This document shows positions 15,495-27,018 of a stretch of 64,000 nucleotides of DNA, piece after piece. A model generated the notes under the pieces. The model ran no database searches and was not told the DNA's origin. It saw only the letters and a list, made by a program, of their open reading frames with translations. This DNA is from Eledone cirrhosa (Eukaryota), in NCBI GenBank assembly GCA_964016885.1, contig OZ024752.1:20708001-20772000 (forward strand). Direction: 5' to 3'. The translations under genes were made by a program, and so were the position numbers. Each line of letters opens with the position of its first letter. The stretch's first letter is position 1.

Positions 15495-15966
15495 CTGAAA
15501 AAACAAAACAAAAACTTTACCATCATCACATTGGAATGGATTAACAGCTGTTTACAAAGAAAGTAGCTGGAGTTTAACCCTGTAATGGACTGGTGTCGTA
15601 TCCAGGGGGTAGTCTTGTACTCTCAGTTACTGAGCACCAGCCTGAGGAGATTCCAGGTTTGAGACTGAACTAACAACTCGTGTATTTTATATATATTTTA
15701 AGTACATATAGAAGGTATAGCTTTGTTGACCACAGTCATGAATTCAACCCTTGCTTTAGCCATTTTGCTGGTTACTCCTGCCTAGCTGGCTGACAAACAG
15801 GAACCAATACTTTTCCGTTGAGTGCTTACTAGTAGGAATGGCATTCAACTAATGCTGCTTTCTAATTTAGACACAAGACCAACAATTTAGTGGGTGGGGA
15901 AACTGATTAAATCAACCCCAGTATTTGATTGATACTTTATTTTACAGACTCTGGAAGGAAGAAAGA

Positions 15967-16708
15967 TGTGTCCTCCCCTGCCATTCCCGTGGAGGAGCAG
16001 CAGCAGCAGCAGCAACAACAGCAGCAACAGCAACAGCACCAGCACCACCAACACCAACACCAACACCAACAACAACCGACCAGTACAGATTTTGCGGAAC
16101 TGCAACTAATGATTTCTGCTCTGAGAAGGGAAGTTGCAGGAATAGAGGCAAGCATTCGGGTAGGACCCCACAATGAGGGGTCTTATCGGAATGCCTTGCT
16201 AAAGAATCTCCCTGTACCTCTTGCTGGAAAGACTGAAAAGACTGCGGAATCTGCTACCCATGAAGTGATTGCCATTGGGGTACCAGAGGATAAGGCCGAT
16301 CTTCAGGCATTTGCTGCCAGCTCGGCCAAAGACCTAGGCTGTGTTCCCCCAAAGGGTGCCCTCCGCCTTGGTCGACCTGGTCCAAAACCCAGACTCATCA
16401 GGCTGTCTTTCTCGGACCCCGCAGAGGCAACCTCATATCATCTGGCCTCTGCTAAAGCTGGGCGTGAAAATCGGATTACCTTCCGAACACGCCCAGGCCT
16501 ACCACCCCATGTACGTCCAAAACTACGTGCTGCAGCCTCCTTGAATCGGAACTCAGCACAAGATGAAAGTTTCAGTCTGCGTGATGATGGGCAGATCTGG
16601 AGGTTTGTCAAGGCGGGTGAAACGTGGAAGAGAGATACCAGCTGGTCTGAGTGTGATCTACCCACAATAACTGGCAATGTAAAAACTGCTACAACTCTGG
16701 GAAACTAA
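15967..16708 (+). CDS. LINE ORF1, partial, with a poly-Gln/(His-Gln)n tract
   Basis: Open frame with an ORF1-like RLGRPGPKPRLIRLSF motif, ending GGA AAC TAA. Confidence 0.7.
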
Positions 16709-19530
16709 ACCAGAACAACCTGCCACCCTCTACACACCATCATAGACTGCGAGCAGGGTACAAATTGTTGTCCTTAAATGCTCGCAGTTTATGCAACAAG
16801 ATACATCTGTTCGAATCCTACGTCAGAAGCATCGACCCTGACTTCATCACAGTCACGGAAACATGGGCACATTCCTTACTCTGTGATGGGGTTTTCACCA
16901 TTACTGGGTACAACCTTTTCCGCAAGGACCGCATTAACCGCCGTGGTGGTGGTGTGATGGTCTACGTTCGTTCAAACTTTTCGGTAATTCCTTGCGTTGA
17001 TTTGAACGAATCACAGGAAGAAGTTTTTTTCTGTGACATACGTATGACCATGTCAACACTTCTGCTTGGTGTTGTTTATCGCCCCCCAAACTACCATCAG
17101 GACACACAGCTTTGCGATATCCTCAGAGTTGCTGCCAAGAAAACAGCCACTTATGTGTTTATTGCAGGTGACTTCAATCATCCTGAGATCGATTGGGAAA
17201 CCTTTCGTTGGCCACAGGGTGCAAACGATTTCCTTGAACTAGTGCTGGACTCAAACTGGTCACAAGTAGTCACCTCTCCAACAAGAGGTGACAACACTTT
17301 GGACCTGATCTTCACCACTACTCCTGAAGTGGTTATCAGTTGTACTACTGAGGAACCTCTAGGCGACTCTGATCATGCTATGATCATTGCCAATCTGGCA
17401 CTTGAGGGCAGCAACAAAAACCAGAGCCATCTCCAATCTGCTTGCTTTGATTGGAAGAGGGCGGATTGGAACTTGTACTGCACTGAGCTACAGCGCCCAA
17501 ACTGGCATGAGATGTATAACTCTGGAGATGTGAACTCTATACTCCAGAGCATCCTGGACTCAATATGGATAGCGTGTGCAGCATCAGTGCCACGGAAGCG
17601 GAAAAATAACCACCCCAAAAGTGCAATCTGGGAAACTTCAGCAGTCCGACTTGCCAGGAAAGAACGTCGGAACGCTGAACGGGAATATAAACTGCATAGA
17701 TCAGATGCCAACAGAAAAAAGCGGAATAAATCTTCTAACCATCTCAAGCAAGTGACAAAGAAGGCAGTGCTTGAATTTGAACAGTGCATCGCAACCAATC
17801 CTGACAGTAAGGTGTTCTGGAAATATGTTCATTCAAAGCAGAGACCTCACTCTCCAGTTGGTCCTCTTCGCAATCCCCACACAAGCCAGATCACTGACGA
17901 TCCCAAGGAATGCGCAGAACTCATTGCTGAGTGCTATGCAAGTATTTTTACTGTTGAAAACCAGAATGTACCATCTCCACCATCTCTAACATCAAATTCC
18001 ATAACAACTATGGAATTTACACCTGCAATGTTGCGACGTCACCTTAAGAATAAGCGCAACTATGCCTCCCCTGGTCTTGATGGTGTGACATACCTGCTTC
18101 TCAAACGTGGCGGGGATTTCCTTTTGCGCCAGCTTTCTTTTTTCTTTCAATACTGTCTCAGCAATGGTGCTACTCCGGAGCAGTGGAAAACTGCCAGTGT
18201 CATTCCCCTGTTCAAAAAGGGCAACCGCATGTCACCTGTCAACTATCGTCCAGTCAGTCTTACTAGCTGTATGGCCAAACTGATGGAATCCTGTGTCAGA
18301 GAAACACTTTGGAACTTCTGGAGCTCTCACAGCCTCATCCGGCCCTCACAGTTTGGATTTATCCCTAACTCCAGCTGCTGTGATCAGCTTATCGAGTTCC
18401 TTGAGGACATCACCCGGATCACTGACAGCGGCTCATGGGTGGATGTTGTTTACCTTGACTTTGCTAAGGCTTTTAATTCTGTGCCACACAAAAGACTTAT
18501 GGCAAAACTCTCTGCAATGGGTGTGAGGGATGATCTTTTCGACTGGCTGAAATCCTTCATTCTCAGCCGAAGGGAAGTAGTCACGGTTCTAGGACAGCAT
18601 TCTTCACCATATGAGATGTCATCTGGTGTACCACAGGGATCTGTTCTTGGTCCTCTTTTGTTTGTGGCATATATTAATGACATAGATGCCAACTTACAGA
18701 ATGCCACGGTACTAAAATATGCAGATGACATCAAGCTGTACCTTGAAATCAAAAGGACTGATCCTGAAATTTACAACTCTTTCCTACAATCAGACCTGGA
18801 CACAATGCAGCAATGGATCACAGACTGGCAACTGAAGCTGGCTGTGGACAAGTGTACCACCATGCATTTTGGAAGGAAAAATCCAGCGTCCAGATACTCC
18901 CTCCACAACACTGACATCAAAAAGTCCTCTTGTGAACGTGACCTAGGCATTACTGTCAGCAACGATTTGCGTTGGACAAAGCATGTCTCTAAGATTGTCA
19001 AGAAGGCCGAGGGTGTCTTGGCATCACTCAGCAAGACCTTTGTTAGCCGCTCTCCAGCCATCTATTTAAAACTGTATACAGCTATGGTGCGACCACACTT
19101 GGAATTTGCATCATCAGTCTGGAACCCCTATCTTGCTCGGAACATTGACCTCCTGGAAACTGTTCAGAGACGTGCAACCAAGCGCATACCCTCCATCAGA
19201 CACCTACCATACTCTGAACGCCTTGCTTCCCTGGGCATGGATTCATTGAAGCTCCGACGTCTGGCAGTGGACTTGGTGAATACCCACAAAGTTTTTAACC
19301 ATCTCGCCAACTGCAACCCTGAGCGCCTCTTTGATCTCCATGTGTCTAACACACGTGGACATGCCTACAAGATAAGAAAACAGCACAGCTCCCATGACTT
19401 TCGCAGACATTTTTTCACGCTCAGAGTTGCTGAAACATGGAACAAACTGCCTGCGTCAATTGTTAGCTGCCGAGACACTGCATCCTTTAAGACACTCATG
19501 CTTCCCGAAATACGCCAAAACTACACCTGA
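16699..19530 (+). CDS. LINE ORF2: APE endonuclease plus reverse transcriptase, uninterrupted, with no ATG before the endonuclease domain
   Basis: Endonuclease motifs LNARS, TETW, GDFN and SDH; RT motifs NYRPVSL, LDFAKAF, GVPQGSVLGP and YADD; CR1-type C-terminal VRPHLEF and ETVQRRATK. Confidence 0.95.
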   Translation, partial: GKLNQNNLPPSTHHHRLRAGYKLLSLNARSLCNKIHLFESYVRSIDPDFITVTETWAHSLLCDGVFTITGYNLFRKDRINRRGGGVMVYVRSNFSVIPCVDLNESQEEVFFCDIRMTMSTLLLGVVYRPPNYHQDTQLCDILRVAAKKTATYVFIAGDFNHPEIDWETFRWPQGANDFLELVLDSNWSQVVTSPTRGDNTLDLIFTTTPEVVISCTTEEPLGDSDHAMIIANLALEGSNKNQSHLQSACFDWKRADWNLYCTELQRPNWHEMYNSGDVNSILQSILDSIWIACAASVPRKRKNNHPKSAIWETSAVRLARKERRNAEREYKLHRSDANRKKRNKSSNHLKQVTKKAVLEFEQCIATNPDSKVFWKYVHSKQRPHSPVGPLRNPHTSQITDDPKECAELIAECYASIFTVENQNVPSPPSLTSNSITTMEFTPAMLRRHLKNKRNYASPGLDGVTYLLLKRGGDFLLRQLSFFFQYCLSNGATPEQWKTASVIPLFKKGNRMSPVNYRPVSLTSCMAKLMESCVRETLWNFWSSHSLIRPSQFGFIPNSSCCDQLIEFLEDITRITDSGSWVDVVYLDFAKAFNSVPHKRLMAKLSAMGVRDDLFDWLKSFILSRREVVTVLGQHSSPYEMSSGVPQGSVLGPLLFVAYINDIDANLQNATVLKYADDIKLYLEIKRTDPEIYNSFLQSDLDTMQQWITDWQLKLAVDKCTTMHFGRKNPASRYSLHNTDIKKSSCERDLGITVSNDLRWTKHVSKIVKKAEGVLASLSKTFVSRSPAIYLKLYTAMVRPHLEFASSVWNPYLARNIDLLETVQRRATKRIPSIRHLPYSERLASLGMDSLKLRRLAVDLVNTHKVFNHLANCNPERLFDLHVSNTRGHAYKIRKQHSSHDFRRHFFTLRVAETWNKLPASIVSCRDTASFKTLMLPEIRQNYT

Positions 19531-21013
19531 TGTGCCCCTTCCATACACATGCACACATGTGTGCACTGTTCATTTTACTGATGTTTGTGCATTGCCCTAT
19601 GTACTGTACATGCACTTTTTTGATGGGTTGTGGTGCACCTGGGCACTGTGCACAATATTTCATTATTGTTATTGTTATTATATCATGACTCATACACTGT
19701 TTATTTTCCTGACATTTGTACATTATTCTATGTACTATACATGCACCTTTGATGAGTTGTAGTGCACCTGAGCACTGTACACAATAATTTCATTATTATT
19801 ATTATTATTATAAATTTGACCTTGGCTGGATTTGAACTTAGAATATAAAGAGCTATGATTAAATACCAAAAATTATTTTGTCTGCTGCTTTAACAATTCT
19901 GCCAAATCCAGCGCATTCAACAATAATAATAAATTACTCCAACAACATATAAACATTCAAATTTGCAGAAGTCACCCAATCACCACACCCATACTTGTAT
20001 AGAAATGAATGTAAGACAGATCTACATACATATACCTCTTTACAGGTAACCTAATTCTTATGTTTGACCTAACAAAATACATTACAAAAAAGATATTTTG
20101 TTCAGTGACAGAACAACAAAAGCATATACACACACACACAAAGGTTATTTCTAAATTTAGGATATAAATAAATAAGTAATGACTGTTTTTGTTTAAATAT
20201 TTCATCAAGAGAAGTTCATCAAGACTTTCAGTTATTGTAATTTAACCCATTTAATGCCAAACAGCCTGAAACCACCCATGGTTCATCAATACAAAACTGT
20301 TCCTTTTAAACTATTTATATTTGTCCAAAAACCTTCCATCATAATTTTATGTAAGAAACTTTAAATTATGTTCTAAACTCAAGCTTAATAATGAGAAATT
20401 TAGTCATATTACTAAATACCACCAAATTCTTATTTTCAAAACGATTTGAACTCTGAATGCAGTGTCTTTCATAAAAAAATATAGTAACAAATATAGTAAC
20501 AAAAGGGTTAATATGTCATATTTACTCAAATGCAATGACTGCCAATGAAGACCTTCAGATATAGCATTTGTCAATGGACTTATACAATAATGGTTTCTGA
20601 TTTAGGCACAAGACCAACAGTTCTTTTGAAAGACAAAGCTAACCTGAACATGATTCGAAATCAGTATGTAAAGGGCTGTAACTATATGCTGTGAAGCATG
20701 GTGTCCAAATATGCCATCTGCCAGTCAAGTCAACCGATCCTGAGGACAGGCTGAAGCATACACTGTAAAGAGGTTGTGATGGCGACAACAAAAAGCACCC
20801 AGTATTCACTGTAAATGTCGTTGGCGTTAGGAAGCTGTAGAAACCAAGCCAAAATCAGTTCTGTATGAGCAAGATATGGTCACCTGACCTGGCATTTCTC
20901 ACAACTCGTCTAACCCATACTAACGTGGAAAAATGGACGTTAAACGGTGATGGTGTGTGTGTGTGTTTGACCAATAAAAACAGAAGTCAGGTGTAGATAG
21001 AGAGTTAGTTCAT

Positions 21014-21137
21014 TGTTTTAGGATCGTTTCAGGGGTCGATTGATTGATGGAGACCGATGTATCGACTAGCAGAATAGTGAAGTTACTACCTATTTCTAGC
21101 TTCGAAAACCCTGTTCAATCGGCCGTCCTCAGAAACA
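21014..21137 (-). ncRNA. Candidate hammerhead ribozyme with extended stem II
   Basis: Minus strand reads tgttt-CTGAGGA-c-ggccgattga...tcaatcgacc-cct-GAAAcgaTC-ctaaaaca. Stem II pairs at 9 of 10 bp. Confidence 0.4.
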
Positions 21138-21922
21138 CTAAACTGATTTTATTTGCTATATGCATATAAACAGAGTCAAGAAATACGTTATACAGAAATA
21201 GATGATTTAGTGTTAAAGAATAAAAAGTAATGATAAAATAAATATATATATTTTTTAATGTAACCCGCGAGGGTGTGTGCCCCAATCTATAGCTTATAGG
21301 TAAGTCCAGCACTTCTTTGATTGTATTAATAATCAAACAGATACATTATCTTCATGCCATTTATATTTCGGCTGTGCTGACACTTTCAACACAACAGGGC
21401 ACAGTTAAAACTCCAATTTCATTGCTAAATATATTTATATTAAATGTTTGACATTTCATTTCCAAATCTTTACATCGCAAAACTGTGGCGAAAACTATCT
21501 CATTTAAACAAAATAACTGATATTAAAACGAACATATATAAGCGAGAGCATCGGAGTAGCAACGAAACACGTCAAATACGAACGTGTATATTCATGAGGT
21601 GAAGTCCTGTTTCACGTTCGTTAAAAATATCGACGATCAATTACTTGCTATGTTTACCTCTGGTGGCTAAACTCAAGTATTCCTATTCTCATTGCACTAT
21701 ATTATTTTAGTTATCCGTTACATTTTGTATTGTAAAAACAACAACAACCCCTTTTTGCTTTCTGTCCACGTTATTTGATTTTTAAATCGACCTTTCTTCG
21801 GTATGTGAACAAAGGGAAGCAATTCATTGTTTTTCATTTATTTATTTTTATGAACCTGAAACACGGCTTTGCCTTTCAATTTCTCCCTCGCACATATTTA
21901 TAAACATACATATTACACACAC

Positions 21923-21965
<43 letters not shown>

Positions 21966-22562
21966 ATGTATGTATATATATATATGTGTGCGTGTGTGTG
22001 TGTGTGTATTTGGTTCGGACGTGTAATCGTGTTTACCTTACATATATAGCAAACATATGTTAAACTCTACACAGATATTTTTATAGCAAAAAAATAAACA
22101 AACTCTTTATGAAATGCTGTTCGCTTTTCGCTGCAGTGTTTTTCTATACCTTTCATTTATATATATATATATAAAGTGTGTGTGTGTGTGTGTGTGTGAG
22201 AGTCGGAGCCCAACAGCTGAGCTCTTGCCGTGTCTAATATTGATACACTCTACTATCCCAAGCATCGAGTACTCTGTTGATTAATAGTCTAATTGGTTTC
22301 ATACTGATTTAATCCTGATACACACACACACAGTACATGATACTTGGGATGGAAGAATGTAAATATACTAGAGTCGGAGCCCGACAGTTGAGCTCTTGCC
22401 GTTGCAAAAGCAAATTCTAGACTGTCAGAATCTTAGTGAAAATAATCTTAAAATGACTCCAGTAATTTTGGTAATATAGAAATCTATTCTTTGTAGGACT
22501 CTATAATTAATGGGGTTTTTTTAATGTATGGAGTTTCTAATTAATTAATTAAAATGACTTAC

Positions 22563-22621
22563 CAACTCGGACGCCTCATCGAATAATTTCTCCACTTGAC
22601 GTACATGGCCTTGTTTCTCAA
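22563..22621 (-). CDS. VTI1A: VTI1A coding exon 2, (V)EKQGHVRQVEKLFDEASEL
   Basis: tttttcAG acceptor and GTaagt donor. 59 nt, phase 1-0. Confidence 0.92.
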
Positions 22622-22974
22622 CTGAAAAATAATGACAATTTGGTTCCTCAACATTTACAGTTGACACAACTGGGTAGTAAAAATAATTAAAACAAGTGGA
22701 TGTGTATGTATTGTGAAGTTATAATTTTAAAAGAACTATCAGTAAATAATATTAACAATCTGGGGACACTAAGAGAACTCGGAAATTCTACAAAACCAAA
22801 AGAAGACAATATATAGTTGAGGTGGCACAAACGAATAACGTTACAGCGTAGATATTAATGAAATGAATAGTTCAGCTGACTCGATAAAACCTGTTGGTTT
22901 ATGAACGTTTAGAGGAAAGAAATAGGAGTGAATATTAGAAATTAGAGAGGATCCGATATAATGAAACGACTTAC

Positions 22975-23068
22975 CTCCATGTGATATAGTTATTTTACCA
23001 ATAAGATGAGTTATATCAGCAGTTAGTGTAGAATATTGCTGTTCATAAGACTCCAATAATGAAGTCAT
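22975..23068 (-). CDS. VTI1A: VTI1A coding exon 1, MTSLLESYEQQYSTLTADITHLIGKITISHG
   Basis: ATG in a caacATG context and GTaagt donor. 94 nt; VTI1A-like N-terminus (YEQ..LTA.IT). Confidence 0.93.
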
Positions 23069-23196
23069 GTTGGTGATGACAACAACTTGTGTAGACGGCG
23101 TAAACTACTTCCGCTAAGCCTCTTTCTCGCCAACGACATTAAGGTGGCTACACTGCTCTCATCCTTATCAGGTTTTTATCATTAAACATCGTAAGT
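23069..23196. promoter_or_regulatory. Compact bidirectional VTI1A/RPL34 promoter: ETS-type ACTTCCG (23107-23113), TCT motif CTCTTTCT (23120-23127), probable non-coding RPL34 exon 1 (~23122-23190) with GTAAGT donor
   Basis: Matches the YYC+1TTTYY ribosomal-protein initiator. The RPL34 ATG sits directly after an acceptor AG, so an upstream exon is required. Confidence 0.6.
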
Positions 23197-25358
23197 ATTC
23201 GTTATTTTTTTTAATCTACAAATTATCTTATTTTATTTAACATTCACTTAACTATATATTTATGGCTATTTTATAAACATATGTCTATGTTTCTCTTCAA
23301 TATTCAGATTATTTCAAAGCGTGTCTACTTCAATCATCATAAAATAACTCGCACATTTCCTATTTTAACATTAATTTAAAAAGTTTTTTCACCCTTAATA
23401 TTAATTCAGTATTTTATCGGATATTAAATCATATAAAATATTGTAAAAGAAAAATAAACTGATAATCTAACTATATTAAAAAACGCTGCTTTGAAGACTA
23501 AAAAGCATGTATTTCTGTTCTCGGATCTTAAATTTGAGTCACGATTGTAAAATAAAATCATTTAAATGTAATTTATATGTGAAAAATATATAATTGTTCA
23601 TAAAATTATAATATAAAATGCTCTGAAAGTCTTGAATATCCGCATGTTTAATAACAATATATAATGTAATAAACTGTTTTAATTGTGAAATCGCCATTAA
23701 ATATAATAACCCAAACCTTTTTAACTTTCGGTTAGAATATTTAAAGACCACTTCACGGGGGCAATTGTAAAAATTAGCCATGTTTTCTGTTTAACTCTTT
23801 GGTAGCATTTCAATATCCATCCCACGTGTCTATCTTGGTGGACACAGTCGAGCGACATGCTAGAAAGAGCAGCCAAATATCTCTGAAACTGCACGCTCTC
23901 TTTAAAAGTATTGCATCGGTGATAGATTTCGAAATAAAATGAAAACATCCCATTACATTAACCCTGCTCATTTCGTATGCATCGCTCATTCAAATATGGA
24001 ATCACGGATCACCTTTGAAGAAAATCAAAATATCCTTTCTGATTCCTCACCTATATACGCATTACCTCATCGACTTAGTTGAGATATTTTTTATTTTATC
24101 CAAAGAAGATTTATTATCAACTGATGTCCTATATACACACGAGCCAGTGAGAGAACCTCATCTATAATTCTAACGTCTGTACATAACGAATCGAGTATCT
24201 CGATTTTGATATATTTCGAGATATTGTCAAGGATTCTCTAACTCATCCAAACAACATTTTGTGTAATTGATACAAAAATTCATTTCAATTGTTTTGTATG
24301 ATATAGTCGTCGTGCGCTGCACTTTCCTGACTAACAACTTTATTTTATTTACATAAAGCTTGATTGAAGTGTTAAATTTATAAATGTAACTCTGTAACAT
24401 ATTTGAAGAATAGTTTAACCACCTTCCCTCTTTAAAGATATTTTATTTAGTAAGTTAGATACATTGGATTAAATTAAGCTACTCTGATATCTAAGGATAT
24501 TTTTACTTATTAATGTAGATACACTGGAGTAAATTAAGGCCCCCGTGTAGTGGAGAAGAATTAAGGAGAGAATGAAAACTAGAAATCGCCTGATAAATTA
24601 AAAAAAATATACTATTATTTCAAGTCACCTCCCAAACGAGTATGAGGTTAACTTTGCCTTTCATCCTTTCAAGATCGATAAAATAAAACAGCAGTAATGC
24701 ACTGGGATAGTTGCTGGCTTTGTGCCAACAGTAGAATTTATTTTAAATTACAATTATTGTTATTTCCCTGTACAGAAAGTACACTTTCAAAGTAAACTTT
24801 AATAAAATCAAAAACCTAAATGTTCTTAGTTTTGTTTCCCTGTATACGGTCTCACAAGAATACGGAAGCTGTCTTCATGCTACAACAATAGGGAACTTCT
24901 ATACTTGAGTTCTTGCGAAACTTTCATTCTACTTTCGGACAATGCATCGAGTGTGGCAGCTGCCAAGTTATCCTCAAACTATAGATTTAGCTTATTAGTT
25001 GGATTGCGGTTCGACATATATCCAATAATGGAGAAACGTACAGTTTTAGTGATTTCAGTATATTATGGGAAGCAACAGAAAGCATCTTAACCTACCTAAA
25101 ACTTATGTGGGTTGGAGATCATCCACAATCTGTGATATTAGAATTCCAACAAAAATACTATGTTTAATTGTTGAGATTCTTCAGGTATATATGTGGCCAG
25201 CACCAGGAAGTCTCAATATATTGGGTATATGCCAGGATTGTCTTGTAAGTAGTTTATCTCTGATCTGGAGCTCTTTCATTCATACATGACTCTTCATACT
25301 TGTATACATCTCACCAACTCTTCTTCAGTAGAATTTCATTGACTTTTTCTGTTTCTAG

Positions 25359-25423
25359 ATGACTCAGAGACTTACATTCAGACGTCGATTGTCTTACAAT
25401 ACCAAGTCAAACCGAAGAAAGGT
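25359..25423 (+). CDS. RPL34: RPL34 (eL34) first coding exon, MTQRLTFRRRLSYNTKSNRRK(V)
   Basis: tttctAG|ATG start and GTaagt donor. Clear eL34 N-terminus. Confidence 0.97.
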
Positions 25424-26167
25424 GTAAGTAATTGAAATCGTCTCTACACGTCTCATTTTCTGTTTTACAGTGTTGTGTCTAATTTAGAGATCACTTGTTT
25501 TTTACCTGTCATGTTAGTAACCTTAGTATATATACACACACACGTGTACAAATATCATCACACTTAATTTTTAATTTCAATAATTGTATATAAATCGACC
25601 AATCACATTATTTGTATTTTCATATATATAGCACACCAAGTCAGCATTACATTTTTGAGTACTAACATGGCTACCATTTCAAGCGAAAAACATGCTAATA
25701 TCATTTTTTTTCACAAGGAAGGTTATTCTCAAGTGCCAAACATCTGTACGATTGGGTGTATCTAAGACTGATGTTCAAAAATTAATATTGCTCCCAAAAC
25801 ATTGACAGCTGTGGGGTTATCACTATATGGGTCACTGTTGATGCCACAGCTATTTTGACCTAGGTTGAGAGGAAAAGGGTTATGGAAGACAATTTATAAT
25901 ATAAATCTTTCTCTGTCTTCATTAATTTAATGTTTTACAGTTAGGTTTTTCTGTAACCATAAGATAAATTGCCCTATTTACTTTTGTAATTTTCTGTTAG
26001 GGCAGCACAAATTAGGAAGATAACACTGTTGAGTTGTCATTATTTAATGGAAATTTATCGTTTCCTTGAGAATTCAATTAATTATTAAAATTAAGTATTT
26101 ATGTCATAAATAAATGAATGTTTAATGCTTGTTTTCATTTCTTTTCTGTGGTGATGAACATAAACAG

Positions 26168-26181
26168 CTCCAAGACCCCTG
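26168..26181 (+). CDS. RPL34: RPL34 14-nt micro-exon, (V)SKTP(G)
   Basis: cAG|CTCCAAGACCCCTG|GTgagt. Supplies the conserved KTPG and restores the frame. Confidence 0.92.
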
Positions 26182-26218
26182 GTGAGTATTCTATTGATCC
26201 TTTTGATTTTAAATCTTA

Positions 26219-27018
26219 TTAGACTACCCATGACCCAATGGTTCACAGGTATTTTTATTGCTAGAAATAGCAGTAACTTTCTGATGCGGACAGAAGTCTA
26301 TACACACACATGATGATGATGACTATTTTTATATATATGTATTCTATGTCTTGCCTCCCATGGGCCTTCCAATTTAATTTTACAATATATATGTGTCTTA
26401 AACTTGACTGCACTAAGGCTTTTCGGAAATGAAACAACGGTAAGTGCTCTGGCGATCTGATTGGTTATCACAAAGCTGTTGTCTATTTATGAAGGTACCC
26501 GGAAAAACCCTGTATCTCAAGAATCCGTGCTCTGATTTATGTGAAATTTGTTTTCCATTTCAGAGGCAATTTCCTTTCAAAGTATTTTCCCATTATGTGT
26601 CGTTTTGGCTGTATTAAATTACAGACAAGCACACAAATCACAGAGTTTTGGTAGTATACTAGACCACCCGTGACCCGTTGGGTCCCATTCACTTAAAAAT
26701 AATTTTTGAATAATTAAAATATACACAGACATGTATATAACGTGAAATGAAACTGGAAGGCCCATATATATATGTGTTTGTATACATATATATATACACC
26801 ACCAGCTCTCTGTCTCCTCTCCTCTCTATGTCTCTCTTTCAATCTACTCTCTCTCTCTATGAAGGTGCCTGGAAAAAAAACATATCTCGGGAACCCGTGC
26901 TTCGATTTACTCGAAACTTGTTTTATCCGTTTCAGGGTCAACTTCCTTTCAAAGTATTTTCCCATTTGGTTGTATAGACAAGCAAGCAAGCTATCACAGA
27001 GTTTTAGTAGTATATAGA
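26219..27018 (-). mobile_element. Two head-to-tail non-autonomous Helitron-like units (26219-26657, 26659-27018)
   Basis: On the minus strand the second unit has a 5' TC and a hairpin plus CTAG 3' end. 26486-26657 is a diverged copy of 26857-27013. Confidence 0.55.

Larger units (their letters stand above)
15967..19810 (+). mobile_element. Young CR1/L2-group LINE, 5'-truncated within ORF1, (ATT)n tail, inserted into a SINE in VTI1A intron 2 (antisense to the gene)
   Basis: ORF1 remnant plus intact ORF2. The host SINE is split between ...ggaaggaagaaaga (15966) and taaatttgaccttgg (19811). Confidence 0.92.

Noticed and set aside
17373-19352. Antisense ORFs within the LINE
   Set aside because: Shadow frames of the intact ORF2.
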